A DNA stretch of 64,000 nucleotides from Candidatus Caldarchaeales archaeon (GCA_039630085.1 JBCNVM010000006.1:1-64000); one strand, 5' to 3'; counted from the stretch's first letter, positions 8,905 through 18,293 are shown. Numbers and translations are program-made. Notes: generated by a model not told the origin, from the letters alone.

Positions 8905-10647
8905 ATGGTCAAGGTCTACGGGCCGCTGGAGGAGGCGAGGCCGGCGCTGAGGAGGGTCCACGTAAGGGAGGTGGTGCTGGAAAACTTCATGTCGCACGAG
9001 TACAGCAGGGTAAGGATATCGAGGGGGATCAACCTGATCACCGGCCCCAACGGCGCCGGGAAGTCCTCGATACTGCTCGGGATCTCGGTAGCGCTGGGTC
9101 AGAGCTACACCGAGAGGGGCGAGAGGCTCGCGGACCTCATCAGGAGGGGCCGGGACTCCGCGAGGGTGTCGGTCGTGCTGGACAACTCGCCGCTCGACGG
9201 CGAGCGCCCCGTTAAGTCGATCCCGCTCGACACCATCACGATCACCCGGTACATCAAGAGGACCGGAGAGTACTGGCACTACGTCAACAACAGGTTCAGG
9301 ACGAAGGCCGAGGTCGACCAGCTACTAAGGTCCCTTGGGATCAACCCGAACAACCTCCTGATCGTGATGCACCAGAACATGATCGAGGAGTTCGCGGCCC
9401 GCGACGACGCCGAGAAGCTCAGGATGCTCGAGGACGCCGTCGGCCTCTCGTCGATGAGGGAGAGGATCCTCCAGGCGCAGGAGAGGCTCTCGTCCCTGAT
9501 CGGCGAGGTGAACGCGGTGAGGAGGGCCCTCGAGGAGGCGGCGGCCGCCGTTGAGTACTGGAGGTCCGAGGTCGAGAAGCTCTCGAGGAAGAGGGAGCTA
9601 GAGTCGAGGAGGGCGGCCCTAGAGCTGGAGTACCTCTGGAGCCTCGCGAGGTCGACGGAGCTGGCGGCGATGAGGAAGTCGGAGCTGCTCGACCGGGTCA
9701 GGTCCGAGCTCTCCGAGCTCAGGACCGAGGAGGCCGAGGTCTCCGAGAGGCTCAGGTCGGGGAGGTCCGCGCTCGCGGAGCTGCTCAGGTCCGGAGCCGG
9801 CGACGCCGAGTCAATCCTGAGGGAGGTAGACGGGCTGATCGAGCTGGCGGCGCGGAGGGGCGTGATCGGCTACAGGATCGGCGAGCTGGAGAGGGAGGAG
9901 AGGGACCTCGAGAGGGAGATCAGGGCCCTCGAGAGAGAGCTCGAGGAGAGGACGAGGGCCGCGTCGGAGAGGGGGCCGCGGGTCGAGACCGACCGGGAAC
10001 CCACGGAGGTCCAAGAGGAGCTGAAGTTCGTGGCGCTCCAGCTCTCCTCGATCGGGACCGTCGTCGGCGAGGCGGAGGAGATGTACTTCATGGCGGACTC
10101 GAAGTTCAGGGGCCTCCAGATCCGGGCCGAGGAGCTGGAGCAGAACGTCAAGAGGGCGCTCGAGGAGGTCGAGCACCGCAAGAGGGTCTGGAGGGAGAAG
10201 CTCGAGGAGCTGGTTGAGGAGGTCAACCCCGTCTACGACGAGATCCTCTCCAGCGTCGGGGGAACCGGCGCGATCAGGCTCAGGGGACTCGAGGACCCAG
10301 CGACCGCGAGGCTCGAGCTCTACGCGGGCTTCAGGGGGAACCCGGCGACGCTCCTCGACGCGAGGACCCACAGCGGCGGCGAGAGGGTGCTGGCGACGCT
10401 CGGCTTCCTGCTCGCGGTCCAGTCCAGGGTCAAGTCGCCCTTCAGGGCCGTCGACGAGTTCGACGTCCACCTCGACCCTCTGAACAGGGAGAGGATGATG
10501 ACGATGCTCCTCGAGACCGCTCGGAGGCACGGCGACGTCCAGTACATCATCATCACGCCCGGCAGGGTCCCCGAGATGGACGGGGTCAACCTGATCGTGG
10601 TCCAGAACGTCTCCGGGCGCTCGATCGTGACGGGAGGTCAGGTATGA
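8905..10647 (+). CDS. Short SMC-family ATPase, SMC5/6-like (ClsN/Arcadin-4 type), with no hinge or zinc hook
   Basis: LENFMSH, Walker A GPNGAGKSS, Q-loop MHQN, central coiled coil, signature HSGGER, Walker B/D-loop SPFRAVDEFDVHLD. 580 aa, no Cys. Confidence 0.88.
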   Translation: MVKVYGPLEEARPALRRVHVREVVLENFMSHEYSRVRISRGINLITGPNGAGKSSILLGISVALGQSYTERGERLADLIRRGRDSARVSVVLDNSPLDGERPVKSIPLDTITITRYIKRTGEYWHYVNNRFRTKAEVDQLLRSLGINPNNLLIVMHQNMIEEFAARDDAEKLRMLEDAVGLSSMRERILQAQERLSSLIGEVNAVRRALEEAAAAVEYWRSEVEKLSRKRELESRRAALELEYLWSLARSTELAAMRKSELLDRVRSELSELRTEEAEVSERLRSGRSALAELLRSGAGDAESILREVDGLIELAARRGVIGYRIGELEREERDLEREIRALERELEERTRAASERGPRVETDREPTEVQEELKFVALQLSSIGTVVGEAEEMYFMADSKFRGLQIRAEELEQNVKRALEEVEHRKRVWREKLEELVEEVNPVYDEILSSVGGTGAIRLRGLEDPATARLELYAGFRGNPATLLDARTHSGGERVLATLGFLLAVQSRVKSPFRAVDEFDVHLDPLNRERMMTMLLETARRHGDVQYIIITPGRVPEMDGVNLIVVQNVSGRSIVTGGQV

Positions 10648-11390
10648 GGCCGGTGGAGGTCAGGGTCGAGGAGCTCCGGAGGATGGCGGCGGCCCTCGAG
10701 TCGGTCCTTAGCATGAAGGTCGAACCATTCACCGTCAACGTCTCCTCCCTCCTCAGGAGGCTCAGGTCGATCATCGAGGAGAGCAGGGACCTAGAGACGG
10801 TCGTCCTCGACGCCGAGGTCCTCTACAGAGTCTCAGTGGTCCTGGGACTCCAGCAGAGGTACATCCTCCAGAGCGCCTCCTCGCTGCTGGTCGACTCCCA
10901 GCTGGTCGTCGCGAAGGTCCTCAGGTCCGAGCCCCACGAGCTCGCAGCGTCCTTCGTCTCTGCGTGGCGCCCCATCGCGAGGGTCGAGCACGTCACAACT
11001 CCCCTGCTCATCAGGGCCTACGAGCACTTCCTCTCGCTCCCGGGGAAGCCGTTGAGGGTCGAGGTCGGGCCGTCCGCGGAGGAGAGGGCCCCGGGCTGGG
11101 AGGCCTACGAGGCTGCGTTCGAGGAGGAGCTGAGGTCGCTGAGGGCGGAGCTCGAGTCCACGGGCGGCTGGGTCGACTACTGGGAGTTCGTCTCGAGGGA
11201 GGGCGACCGCCGTAGGGCCGGCAGGGCCTACCTCCTGAGCTTCCTCATCACCCGGGGCGAGGCCGAGGTCCGGTACGACCCGCTCAGGGAGGAGATCAAG
11301 GTGAGGGCCGCGACCTCTCCGCAGCAGAGGAGGGAGGGCGACGTCCTCTCGCTGGTGATATCGCTGGGTCGGATCGGACAGGGCGGCTGA
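10644..11390 (+). CDS. Putative kleisin (ScpA-like) partner of the SMC protein
   Basis: ATGA overlap with the SMC stop; 248 aa. N-terminal KVEPFTVNVSSLL resembles the ScpA DPWDIDI motif; C-terminal AYLLSFLITRGEAEVRYDPLREEIKV resembles the kleisin winged helix. Confidence 0.55.
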   Translation: MRPVEVRVEELRRMAAALESVLSMKVEPFTVNVSSLLRRLRSIIEESRDLETVVLDAEVLYRVSVVLGLQQRYILQSASSLLVDSQLVVAKVLRSEPHELAASFVSAWRPIARVEHVTTPLLIRAYEHFLSLPGKPLRVEVGPSAEERAPGWEAYEAAFEEELRSLRAELESTGGWVDYWEFVSREGDRRRAGRAYLLSFLITRGEAEVRYDPLREEIKVRAATSPQQRREGDVLSLVISLGRIGQGG

Positions 11391-11462
11391 GCGACGGACT
11401 CAACCCATGGCCAATCCCCCGGCCTCCGGGCTCCACTTCCGGCAGGGTTGAGTAGCGGGTCC

Positions 11463-11530
11463 ACTTTCGGAGCGCACTCGGACTTTCGGGAGACCCTCCG
11501 TGGATTTCGGGGACCTCGACCGCCTTCGGG
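11463..11530 (+). repeat. Degenerate direct repeats upstream of the PolB2 operon: ACTTTCGG at 11463 and 11482, GATTTCGG at 11503, CCTTCGG at 11523
   Basis: Read directly from the sequence; period 19-21 bp. Confidence 0.55.
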
Positions 11531-11533
11531 CCG

Positions 11534-11815
11534 ATGGGCAGGACCGTCCCGACGTACAGGCAGAGGCTCCTGGCCGAGCTCGAGAGGTGGAGGTGCTTCA
11601 GGTCGGCGCTCCTGAGGGAGGAGAGGGAGGACTTCGACGGGCTGGTGGACCAGGCCTTCTCCTACGTCCACGCGGGCTCCATGTGCCCAGATAGGGAGGC
11701 TTTCGAGGTGCTGGTGTTCTCGCTGCTCCTCGCCCACGAGTCGAGGCTCAGGTCGCTCGAGAGGGCGGCCGGCCTCGAGGCTCCCAGGGTCGGGACGAAG
11801 GGGCTTGATCGGTAG
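11534..11815 (+). CDS. Small helical PolB2-associated protein (arCOG07300-like)
   Basis: MGRTVPTYR..E..RW..FRSALLREERE.FD.L signature; overlaps the start of polB2. Confidence 0.8.
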   Translation: MGRTVPTYRQRLLAELERWRCFRSALLREEREDFDGLVDQAFSYVHAGSMCPDREAFEVLVFSLLLAHESRLRSLERAAGLEAPRVGTKGLDR

Positions 11816-13988
11816 GCTGCTGGACCTGAACGTCACGCCCGACGGCGAGGCGGTCGAGCTCTGGCTCAAGTCCGGAGAGTCCCGGGTCGAGAGGGTCCGC
11901 GTCGGGTGGAGGCCCTCGGTCTGCGCGGTCGGGCCCGAGAGCGCGCTGGAGGAGCTCGCGAGGGCGTTCGGCGAGCGCTCGGAGCAGGTAATGGCCTCGG
12001 AGGAGCCCGGGAAGGAGCCGAGGCCGGCGCTGAGGATTAGGGCGAGGGCTTGGGAGAGGAGGGAGCTCGCGAGGCGGATCGAGTCGTCCTTCGGGAGAGG
12101 AGGTGTCAGGGTCTACGACGTTGACGTCCCGGTGCTGCAGCAGTTCCTCTACGAGCACGGGCTCTTCCCCACCGCGCTGGTCGAGGTCGCGGGAGACCGG
12201 CTGAGGGCCCTCGACTCGAGGGAGGACGCGGACTACGATGTCTCGTGGGTCAGGGTCGTGGAGCTCGAGGTCTCGACGCGGGGAGGCTCGGCCTACCCCG
12301 ACTTCGACGAGCCCCTGAGGTCCTTGAGGCTGAACTCCGGGGAGGGAGAGGTGGAGCTGGAAGGCGACGAGCCCGGCGTCCTCGAGGAGCTGAAGAGGGC
12401 CGTGGAGCCCTTCGACGTGCTGCTGGTCAGGGGCGGCGACTCCTTCGCGATGCACTACCTCCGCCACAGGGCGTCGGTCAACGGCGTCGAGCTCGAGCTT
12501 GGGAGGGACAGGTCCCCGAGGCCGAGGAGGGACTCGAGGGCCTACTGGAGCTACGGCAGGGTCTACAGGAGGCACAGCGCCTTCAGGCTGAGGGGAAGGG
12601 TCCACGTCGACCCGCTCAACTCCTTCGTCTACGCCCACTCGGGGCTCAACGGCCTCCTCGAGGTAGCTAGGACCTGCGTCGTCCCGCTCCACGACGCCGC
12701 GAGGTACACGATCGGGCAGTGCATGACCTCCCTTCAGTTCGAGGTCGCGAACAGGAGGAACGTCCTCGTGCCTTGGAAGGCCGGAAGGCCGCTCTACTTC
12801 ACCCTCGGGGAGCTCAGCCTGATGGACAGGGGAGGCCTCACGCTCGACCACAGGCCCGGAGTCTACTGGGGAGTCGCGGAGATCGACTTCCAGAGCATGT
12901 ACCCGATGATCATCCTGACGAGGAACGTAAGTGCCGAGACCGTGAACTGCGGGTGCTGCGGCGGCCGCGGAACGCCGGTCCCTGAGATCGGAGGCCACAC
13001 CTGCTCGAGGAGGGTCGGGCTCGTCCCGGAGGCGATATCGCTCCCGCTCAGGAAGAGGCTCGCCTACAAGTCGATGCTCAGGGAGGGGAGGGGCGACCCG
13101 GAGGTCCTCGGGGCGAGGTCGGACGCGCTGAAGTGGGTCCTCGTCTCGTCCTTCGGATACCTGGGCTTCAGGAAGGCTAAGTTCGGGTCGAGGCTCGCCC
13201 ACATGGCCGTCTGCGCCCACGCCAGGGACGCGTTGTTGAAGGCGGTGAGGGTCGCGGAGCGGATGGGCTTCGAGGTCGTCCACGGGATCGTCGACTCGCT
13301 CTGGGTCAGGAGGGAGGGCGCGGCGGAGGAGGACTACCTGGAGCTGGTGAAGGCGATCGAGGAGGAGACCGGCCTGCCCGCGGCCCTCGAGGGGACCTAC
13401 CGGTGGATCGCGTTCCTCCCATCGAAGTCCTCTCCGCTCAGGCCCGTCAACGGGAGGTACTTCGGCTTCAAGACCGACGGCAGGGTGAAGTTCAGGGGGA
13501 TAGAGGCGAGGAGGTCGGACACGCCGCCGCTGGTCAGGAGGATGCAGCTGGAGATGCTCGAGGTCCTCTCGAGGGTCGAGGCCCCCGAAGACCTTCCGGG
13601 CGCAGCGGAGGAGTGCGTCGGCGTGCTGAGGAGGTACGAGAGGGACCTAGTCCTCGGGAGGGTGGGCGTGGAGGACCTGGTGGTGACGGTGAGGCTCTCG
13701 AGGGACCCCCTCGGTTACGTCAACAGGGTCAGGCAGGCGGCGGCAGCGAGGAGGCTCCTGAGGATGGGCGTGGAGGTCGGGGCCGGGAGCGCCGTCAGCT
13801 ACGTCGCCCTCGGAGAGGGCTCCGCGCCCTACCCTTCGGAGGAACCAATCAGCCCCGCCTGCTGCTCGACGAGGTTCTACCTGAACGCGCTCAGGAGGGC
13901 CGCGGAGACGATCATCTCGCCGCTGGTCCGGGCCGCGGCCGAGGCGCGCGGTGGACCCGTCGCCGTCAGGGCCTCAGCAGCACCTTGA
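11805..13988 (+). CDS. polB2: Family B DNA polymerase, PolB2/Dpo2 group (degenerate exonuclease, altered motif C)
   Basis: Motif A EIDFQSMYP, motif B ALKWVLVSSFGYLG, motif C HGIVDSLWV (instead of YGDTDS), KFRGIEARRSDTP, and NCGCC..HTC Cys cluster. Confidence 0.88.
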   Translation: MIGRLLDLNVTPDGEAVELWLKSGESRVERVRVGWRPSVCAVGPESALEELARAFGERSEQVMASEEPGKEPRPALRIRARAWERRELARRIESSFGRGGVRVYDVDVPVLQQFLYEHGLFPTALVEVAGDRLRALDSREDADYDVSWVRVVELEVSTRGGSAYPDFDEPLRSLRLNSGEGEVELEGDEPGVLEELKRAVEPFDVLLVRGGDSFAMHYLRHRASVNGVELELGRDRSPRPRRDSRAYWSYGRVYRRHSAFRLRGRVHVDPLNSFVYAHSGLNGLLEVARTCVVPLHDAARYTIGQCMTSLQFEVANRRNVLVPWKAGRPLYFTLGELSLMDRGGLTLDHRPGVYWGVAEIDFQSMYPMIILTRNVSAETVNCGCCGGRGTPVPEIGGHTCSRRVGLVPEAISLPLRKRLAYKSMLREGRGDPEVLGARSDALKWVLVSSFGYLGFRKAKFGSRLAHMAVCAHARDALLKAVRVAERMGFEVVHGIVDSLWVRREGAAEEDYLELVKAIEEETGLPAALEGTYRWIAFLPSKSSPLRPVNGRYFGFKTDGRVKFRGIEARRSDTPPLVRRMQLEMLEVLSRVEAPEDLPGAAEECVGVLRRYERDLVLGRVGVEDLVVTVRLSRDPLGYVNRVRQAAAARRLLRMGVEVGAGSAVSYVALGEGSAPYPSEEPISPACCSTRFYLNALRRAAETIISPLVRAAAEARGGPVAVRASAAP

Positions 13989-14925
13989 GCGTCCCCGGAG
14001 AGGACGCGGCCGCGAAGGCCTCCCGGTGCTCCTCGAGCCTGTAGATGGCGTCTATCAGCCTTCTGACGTCGACGAGCCCCCTCTCCAGCGCCCTGATGGC
14101 CGGCCTGAAGGGGCCGCACCTCGAGCCTACGACGTGAACCTCGTCGACGACGACCTTCGCGAGGTCGATCCTGTACTCGGCGGCGATCGTGGACTTCAGG
14201 ACCAAGTAGCCCCTCGGCCTGACGAGCTTCAGCGCGGTCGCCAGCCCCTCCGCCCTCCCCGTGGCCTCGACCACGAGGTCGTAGGAGGACTCGTCGCCCG
14301 GAGCCAGGCCCTCGGCCGCGTCGATCCCGAGCTCCCTCAGCAGCCCTATCTTCCTCCCGTGCTTCCCGATCACCCTCAGCCTCGAGACCCTGTCCCTCAG
14401 GACCTGCGCGATCAGGTTCGCGAGCCTCCCGTCGCCGACCACGCAGGCGCTCCAGCTCGGGTCGACGTGGACCTGCTCGAGGACCTCGAAGGCCGCGGCG
14501 AGGGGCTCAACGAAGACGGCCCTCTCGTCCTCGACCGAGTCCGGAACCCTGTGTAAGTTCTCGGCCGGAAGCCTCAGGTACTCCGCGAACGCTCCGTCCC
14601 TCCCCTTGATCCCGAGGACGGTCCTGTTCCTGCAGTGCCTCCTCAGCCCGACCGAGCACATGTCGCACCTCCCGCAGGCGGCGTTGATCTCTCCCACCAC
14701 CCTCGCGCCCACGAGGTCGCTCCTGTCCGACTCGACCACCTCGCCGACGAACTCGTGCCCCGGGACTCCCCTGAAGCCCGCGTAACCCTTCAGTATCTGG
14801 AGGTCGGTGCCGCAGATCCCCGCGAGCCTCACCCTGATCAGCGCCTCGCCGTGCCGTTCGACCGAGTGATCCTCCACGAGCCTGATCTCCCGGCCGTCGA
14901 AGTAGAGAGCCTTGCATCTCACCAT
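13966..14925 (-). CDS. Zn-dependent alcohol dehydrogenase (MDR family)
   Basis: GICGTD, GHEFVG, CGRCDMC..HC structural Zn site, VGDGRL. Confidence 0.9.
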   Translation of the reverse strand: MVRCKALYFDGREIRLVEDHSVERHGEALIRVRLAGICGTDLQILKGYAGFRGVPGHEFVGEVVESDRSDLVGARVVGEINAACGRCDMCSVGLRRHCRNRTVLGIKGRDGAFAEYLRLPAENLHRVPDSVEDERAVFVEPLAAAFEVLEQVHVDPSWSACVVGDGRLANLIAQVLRDRVSRLRVIGKHGRKIGLLRELGIDAAEGLAPGDESSYDLVVEATGRAEGLATALKLVRPRGYLVLKSTIAAEYRIDLAKVVVDEVHVVGSRCGPFRPAIRALERGLVDVRRLIDAIYRLEEHREAFAAASSPGTLKVLLRP

Positions 14926-14926
14926 C

Positions 14927-15724
14927 TCAGATCACGTGCGGGAAGACGACGCCGTAACCGTTCAGCCTCAGGTAGACCGAGAGGGCCGCGAGGAAGAGGA
15001 CCGTCGCGGTGAAGGCCGCGTCCCTCGCCCTGAACCTCAGGTCCAGCAGGTAGCTCCTCTTCGCGGTCGGGACGAACCCCCTGGACTCGATCGCGAGCGG
15101 CAGCTCCCCGAACCTCCGCATCGTCGTGATGAAGAGCGGCACGATCACCGCCGCCGAGTTCCTCATCCTCGAGAAGACGCTGCCCTTGACCAAGTTGACC
15201 CCCCTCGCCCTCTGGGCCGCGAGGATCGTCAGCCCGTCGCCGACCATCGCAGGTATGAACCTGAAGACCGCGGAGACCCCGAAGGCCATCGAGTAGGGCA
15301 TCCCGAGCTTCGTCAGGGCCAGCTCCAGGTCCTCGATCCTCGAGGTGGTGAGGAGCAGCAGGCCCGAGAGGACCATCGCGACCAGCCTGAAGGCGACCGC
15401 GAGGGCGTACATCACCGACTCCTGCGTGAACGCGACCCCCGCGAGCTGGAAGAGGACCGTCTCGCCTCCCCTCCTGAAGAGCGGCCAGAGGACCAGGCTC
15501 ATGACGGCCAGCGAGACCAGCCCGAACCAGAACATCTTCAGCCTCGAGGCGACCCCCGACGAGAGGACCATCGCGAGCACCGCGGCGAGGACCGTTCCAG
15601 TGTAGAGCGGGTGGTTGAAGACCGAGGACCAGACGAAGACGCAGACGACGAACGCGATCTTCGCCCTCGGGTCGAGGGAGTGGAAGAAGCTCCTACCCTC
15701 GACGTATAGGATGTATTTCGACAC
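14927..15724 (-). CDS. ecfT: ECF transporter transmembrane T component
   Basis: SFFHSLDPRAK, FRFIP, AQRARG and AIESRGF motifs. Confidence 0.9.
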   Translation of the reverse strand: MSKYILYVEGRSFFHSLDPRAKIAFVVCVFVWSSVFNHPLYTGTVLAAVLAMVLSSGVASRLKMFWFGLVSLAVMSLVLWPLFRRGGETVLFQLAGVAFTQESVMYALAVAFRLVAMVLSGLLLLTTSRIEDLELALTKLGMPYSMAFGVSAVFRFIPAMVGDGLTILAAQRARGVNLVKGSVFSRMRNSAAVIVPLFITTMRRFGELPLAIESRGFVPTAKRSYLLDLRFRARDAAFTATVLFLAALSVYLRLNGYGVVFPHVI

Positions 15725-15725
15725 A

Positions 15726-17405
15726 TCAGTCCACCTCCACGCGCTCTACGAACTCCCTCGGCGTGAGGAGCGTGACGCCCGTCAACCTCCTCGAGAGCTC
15801 GCAGGTCTCCGGCGGGAAGATGTCGTGCTGGATCAGGAGCTCGGGGCTCGAGAAGGCAGCCCTCGTCGGCGCGTCGAGGACGATCCGGCCGTCGGCCATC
15901 ATGACGGTCCTCGTGCAGTACTCGGCCACGACCCACATCTCGTGGGTGATGGTGATGACCGTCGTTCCCGACCTGTTCAGGCTGAGCACCGTGTTCATCA
16001 GGGCCCTCGTCTCGCTGGGGGAGAGGCCGGTCGTGGGCTCGTCGAGTATGATGACCTTTGGGTTCAGGGCAAGTATCGAGGCGACCGCGACCCTCTGCCT
16101 TTCGCCCTTCTGGAGGAAGAACGGGTCCTCGTTGAGGAGGCGCGTTATCCCCATCATCTCCGCGACCTCCTTCACCCTGCTGTCGACCTCGGCCGCGCTC
16201 AGGCCCCTCGCCCTGAGGCCATACGCCAGCTCCTCGTAGACCGTCTGCGAGAAGATCTGGTAGTCGGGGTTCTGGAAGATGTACCCGACGTCCCTCGCCC
16301 TCACGGAGACGTCCTCCGCGGTCGCGTCCCTCCCGAAGATCCTCACCCTGCCCCTCCCCGGCCTGAGGATACCCATGATCACCTGCGCGAGCGTCGTCTT
16401 CCCGCTCCCGTTCTGCCCTATCAGCGCCATCATTTCGCCCCGGTGGATCCGGAGGTCCACGCCCCTCAGCACCCAGTTCTGGCCCTCGTAGGCGAACCAG
16501 ACGTCCTCGAGCTCCACCGCGACGCCGTCGCCCGCAGCGGACCTCTCCTCCGGCGGCCTGACACCCTTGACCTTGGGGAAGACCCGAAGGGCCTCGTCGA
16601 GCAGGACCGGGACCGAGTTGGCTCTGACCCTCATGTCCCAGCAGATCTCCGCGACCTCCGGCGGCTTCAGCCCGAGGGACCTCAGCTCCTCGACCATCCC
16701 CAGCACCTCCCTCGCCTCCCCCTCTGCGGCAACCCTTCCGTCAGCCAGAAGGATCACCCTGTCGGCGAACTCCGCGACCTTCTCGAGGTGGTGATCGACT
16801 AGGACTAGGGATCTGATCACCTCCTCGTCCAGGAGCTTCCTCATCACGTCGTAGACCTCCCTCTTCCCCCTTGGGTCGAGGTCGCTCGTGGCCTCGTCGA
16901 GTATCAGGACCGAGGGCTGCAGCGAGAGCAGCGAGGCTATCGCGAGCCTCTGCTTCTGCCCTCCGCTGAGCGCGAACGAGTACCTCTTCTCGAGGCCGGA
17001 GAGCCCCACGAGCTCCAAGGCCCACCTGACCCTCCTCCCGATCTCCTCCCTCTCGAGTTGGAGGTTCTCCGGCCCGAACGCGACCTCAAGCTCGACGGTG
17101 GTCCTGAAGAGCTGGACCTCGTAGTCCTGCATCACCATCGCGCACCTCTTGCTGATCTCCCCGACCCGCTTGGACGTCGTCGGCTCCCCGTACACCCTCG
17201 CCTCCCCCCTGAAGTCGTCGTAGACGCCCATGTTGGGTATCAGGCCTGCCATCACCTTGCAGAGGGTCGTCTTGCCGGCGCCCGTCGGCCCGATGATCGC
17301 GACGACCTCGCCCTCCGAGACCTCAGCGCTGACCCCCTTGAGAGCGTAGTCGCCCGAGCCCCTGTACTTCACCCAGACGTCCTTAACCTCGACGGCCCTC
17401 GCCAT
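15726..17405 (-). CDS. ecfA: ECF transporter fused double ATPase (A-A')
   Basis: Two ABC domains: GPTGAGKT/LSGGQKQR/LDEATS and GQNGSGKT/LQKGERQR/LDEPTT. Confidence 0.92.
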   Translation of the reverse strand: MARAVEVKDVWVKYRGSGDYALKGVSAEVSEGEVVAIIGPTGAGKTTLCKVMAGLIPNMGVYDDFRGEARVYGEPTTSKRVGEISKRCAMVMQDYEVQLFRTTVELEVAFGPENLQLEREEIGRRVRWALELVGLSGLEKRYSFALSGGQKQRLAIASLLSLQPSVLILDEATSDLDPRGKREVYDVMRKLLDEEVIRSLVLVDHHLEKVAEFADRVILLADGRVAAEGEAREVLGMVEELRSLGLKPPEVAEICWDMRVRANSVPVLLDEALRVFPKVKGVRPPEERSAAGDGVAVELEDVWFAYEGQNWVLRGVDLRIHRGEMMALIGQNGSGKTTLAQVIMGILRPGRGRVRIFGRDATAEDVSVRARDVGYIFQNPDYQIFSQTVYEELAYGLRARGLSAAEVDSRVKEVAEMMGITRLLNEDPFFLQKGERQRVAVASILALNPKVIILDEPTTGLSPSETRALMNTVLSLNRSGTTVITITHEMWVVAEYCTRTVMMADGRIVLDAPTRAAFSSPELLIQHDIFPPETCELSRRLTGVTLLTPREFVERVEVD

Positions 17406-17489
17406 AGGACGACTATCATCTGTTCGCCCTAAAGATATACGCTAAAGAACGGAGGGGTTCCGGAGGAGGGGAGCCAAAAATTCGGAGCT

Positions 17490-18293
17490 TCAGTCCTTCG
17501 CCAGTAGCGCCATCCCGACCGCGAAGATCAGGATGAAGACGCCGCCGACCGTCAGGAGGGGCGCGCCCGCGAAGACCGGGGCGAACTGCAGCAGCGGCTG
17601 GCCGAGCCCTATTCCGACCATTATGGTGACCCAGGTGCCCACGACGCCCGCGATGAATACCAGCGCTGTCCCGATCCGGTGATAAGACTTGACCTCCGTC
17701 GGCGTGTACTGGTAACCCTTCATCACGTCGGTCCAGAGCCAGCCCGCCCTCTTCGCCCTCGGGTAGACGAGGGCCATCAGGACCGGAGCGATGATGCCCG
17801 CCGAGATCAGCTCGTTGAAGAAGATGATGAACGCGAGGAACGTGAACGGCACGAACCCGACCAGCTCGGTCCAGTAGGGGATGATCAGCGCGCAGACCCC
17901 CGAGTGCACCAGTATCACGAACTCGTACTTCAGGAGGCTCGAGAGCGTCCTGCAGTGCGGCTCCTCTTTGAAGACCCTGTGCCAGATCTTGTACGGCACG
18001 AGCCCTAGGAAGAAGTTCCCGATGAAACCGCCGATGCTTCCGATCGTCAGAGCTCCGCCCAGTATGTCGAAGCCTATCAGGTTCCCCACTGCCGAGCCCC
18101 ACGCCGCCGCAGGCCCGAAGAGCAGGCTGGTGAACGGAGGTATCGCGTTGCCAGGCCTTATCGCGGTTACGCCGGGGATTATCCAAATCGGGAGCGCCGC
18201 GAAGACGAAGAGCAGCGCGGCGTAGAGTCCGGCTGAGACGACGAATGCCGTGATCATCTGCGTGAAGCGCCACATCGTGAAGATTTCCCTCAT
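17490..18293 (-). CDS. ECF substrate-binding S component, QueT-like
   Basis: Multi-TM protein with IRPGNAIP..SLLFGPAAAWGSAVGNLIG, upstream of the ECF A and T genes. ATG 18293 lies about 25 nt after a TTTTATA box. Confidence 0.75.
   Translation of the reverse strand: MREIFTMWRFTQMITAFVVSAGLYAALLFVFAALPIWIIPGVTAIRPGNAIPPFTSLLFGPAAAWGSAVGNLIGFDILGGALTIGSIGGFIGNFFLGLVPYKIWHRVFKEEPHCRTLSSLLKYEFVILVHSGVCALIIPYWTELVGFVPFTFLAFIIFFNELISAGIIAPVLMALVYPRAKRAGWLWTDVMKGYQYTPTEVKSYHRIGTALVFIAGVVGTWVTIMVGIGLGQPLLQFAPVFAGAPLLTVGGVFILIFAVGMALLAKD

Noticed and set aside
8905-11390. SMC pair as a Wadjet/MksBEFG or Rad50-Mre11 system
   Set aside because: No JetA/B/D or Mre11 neighbours, no zinc hook, and the ATPase is too short.
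11463-11530. Repeats considered as a mini-CRISPR array
   Set aside because: Units are about 8 bp with a 20-bp period, far too short, and there are no cas genes in the window.
11805-13988. PolB as marker of a casposon, pipolin or provirus
   Set aside because: Motifs and the small upstream partner match cellular PolB2; no Cas1, integrase, terminal repeats or capsid genes seen.
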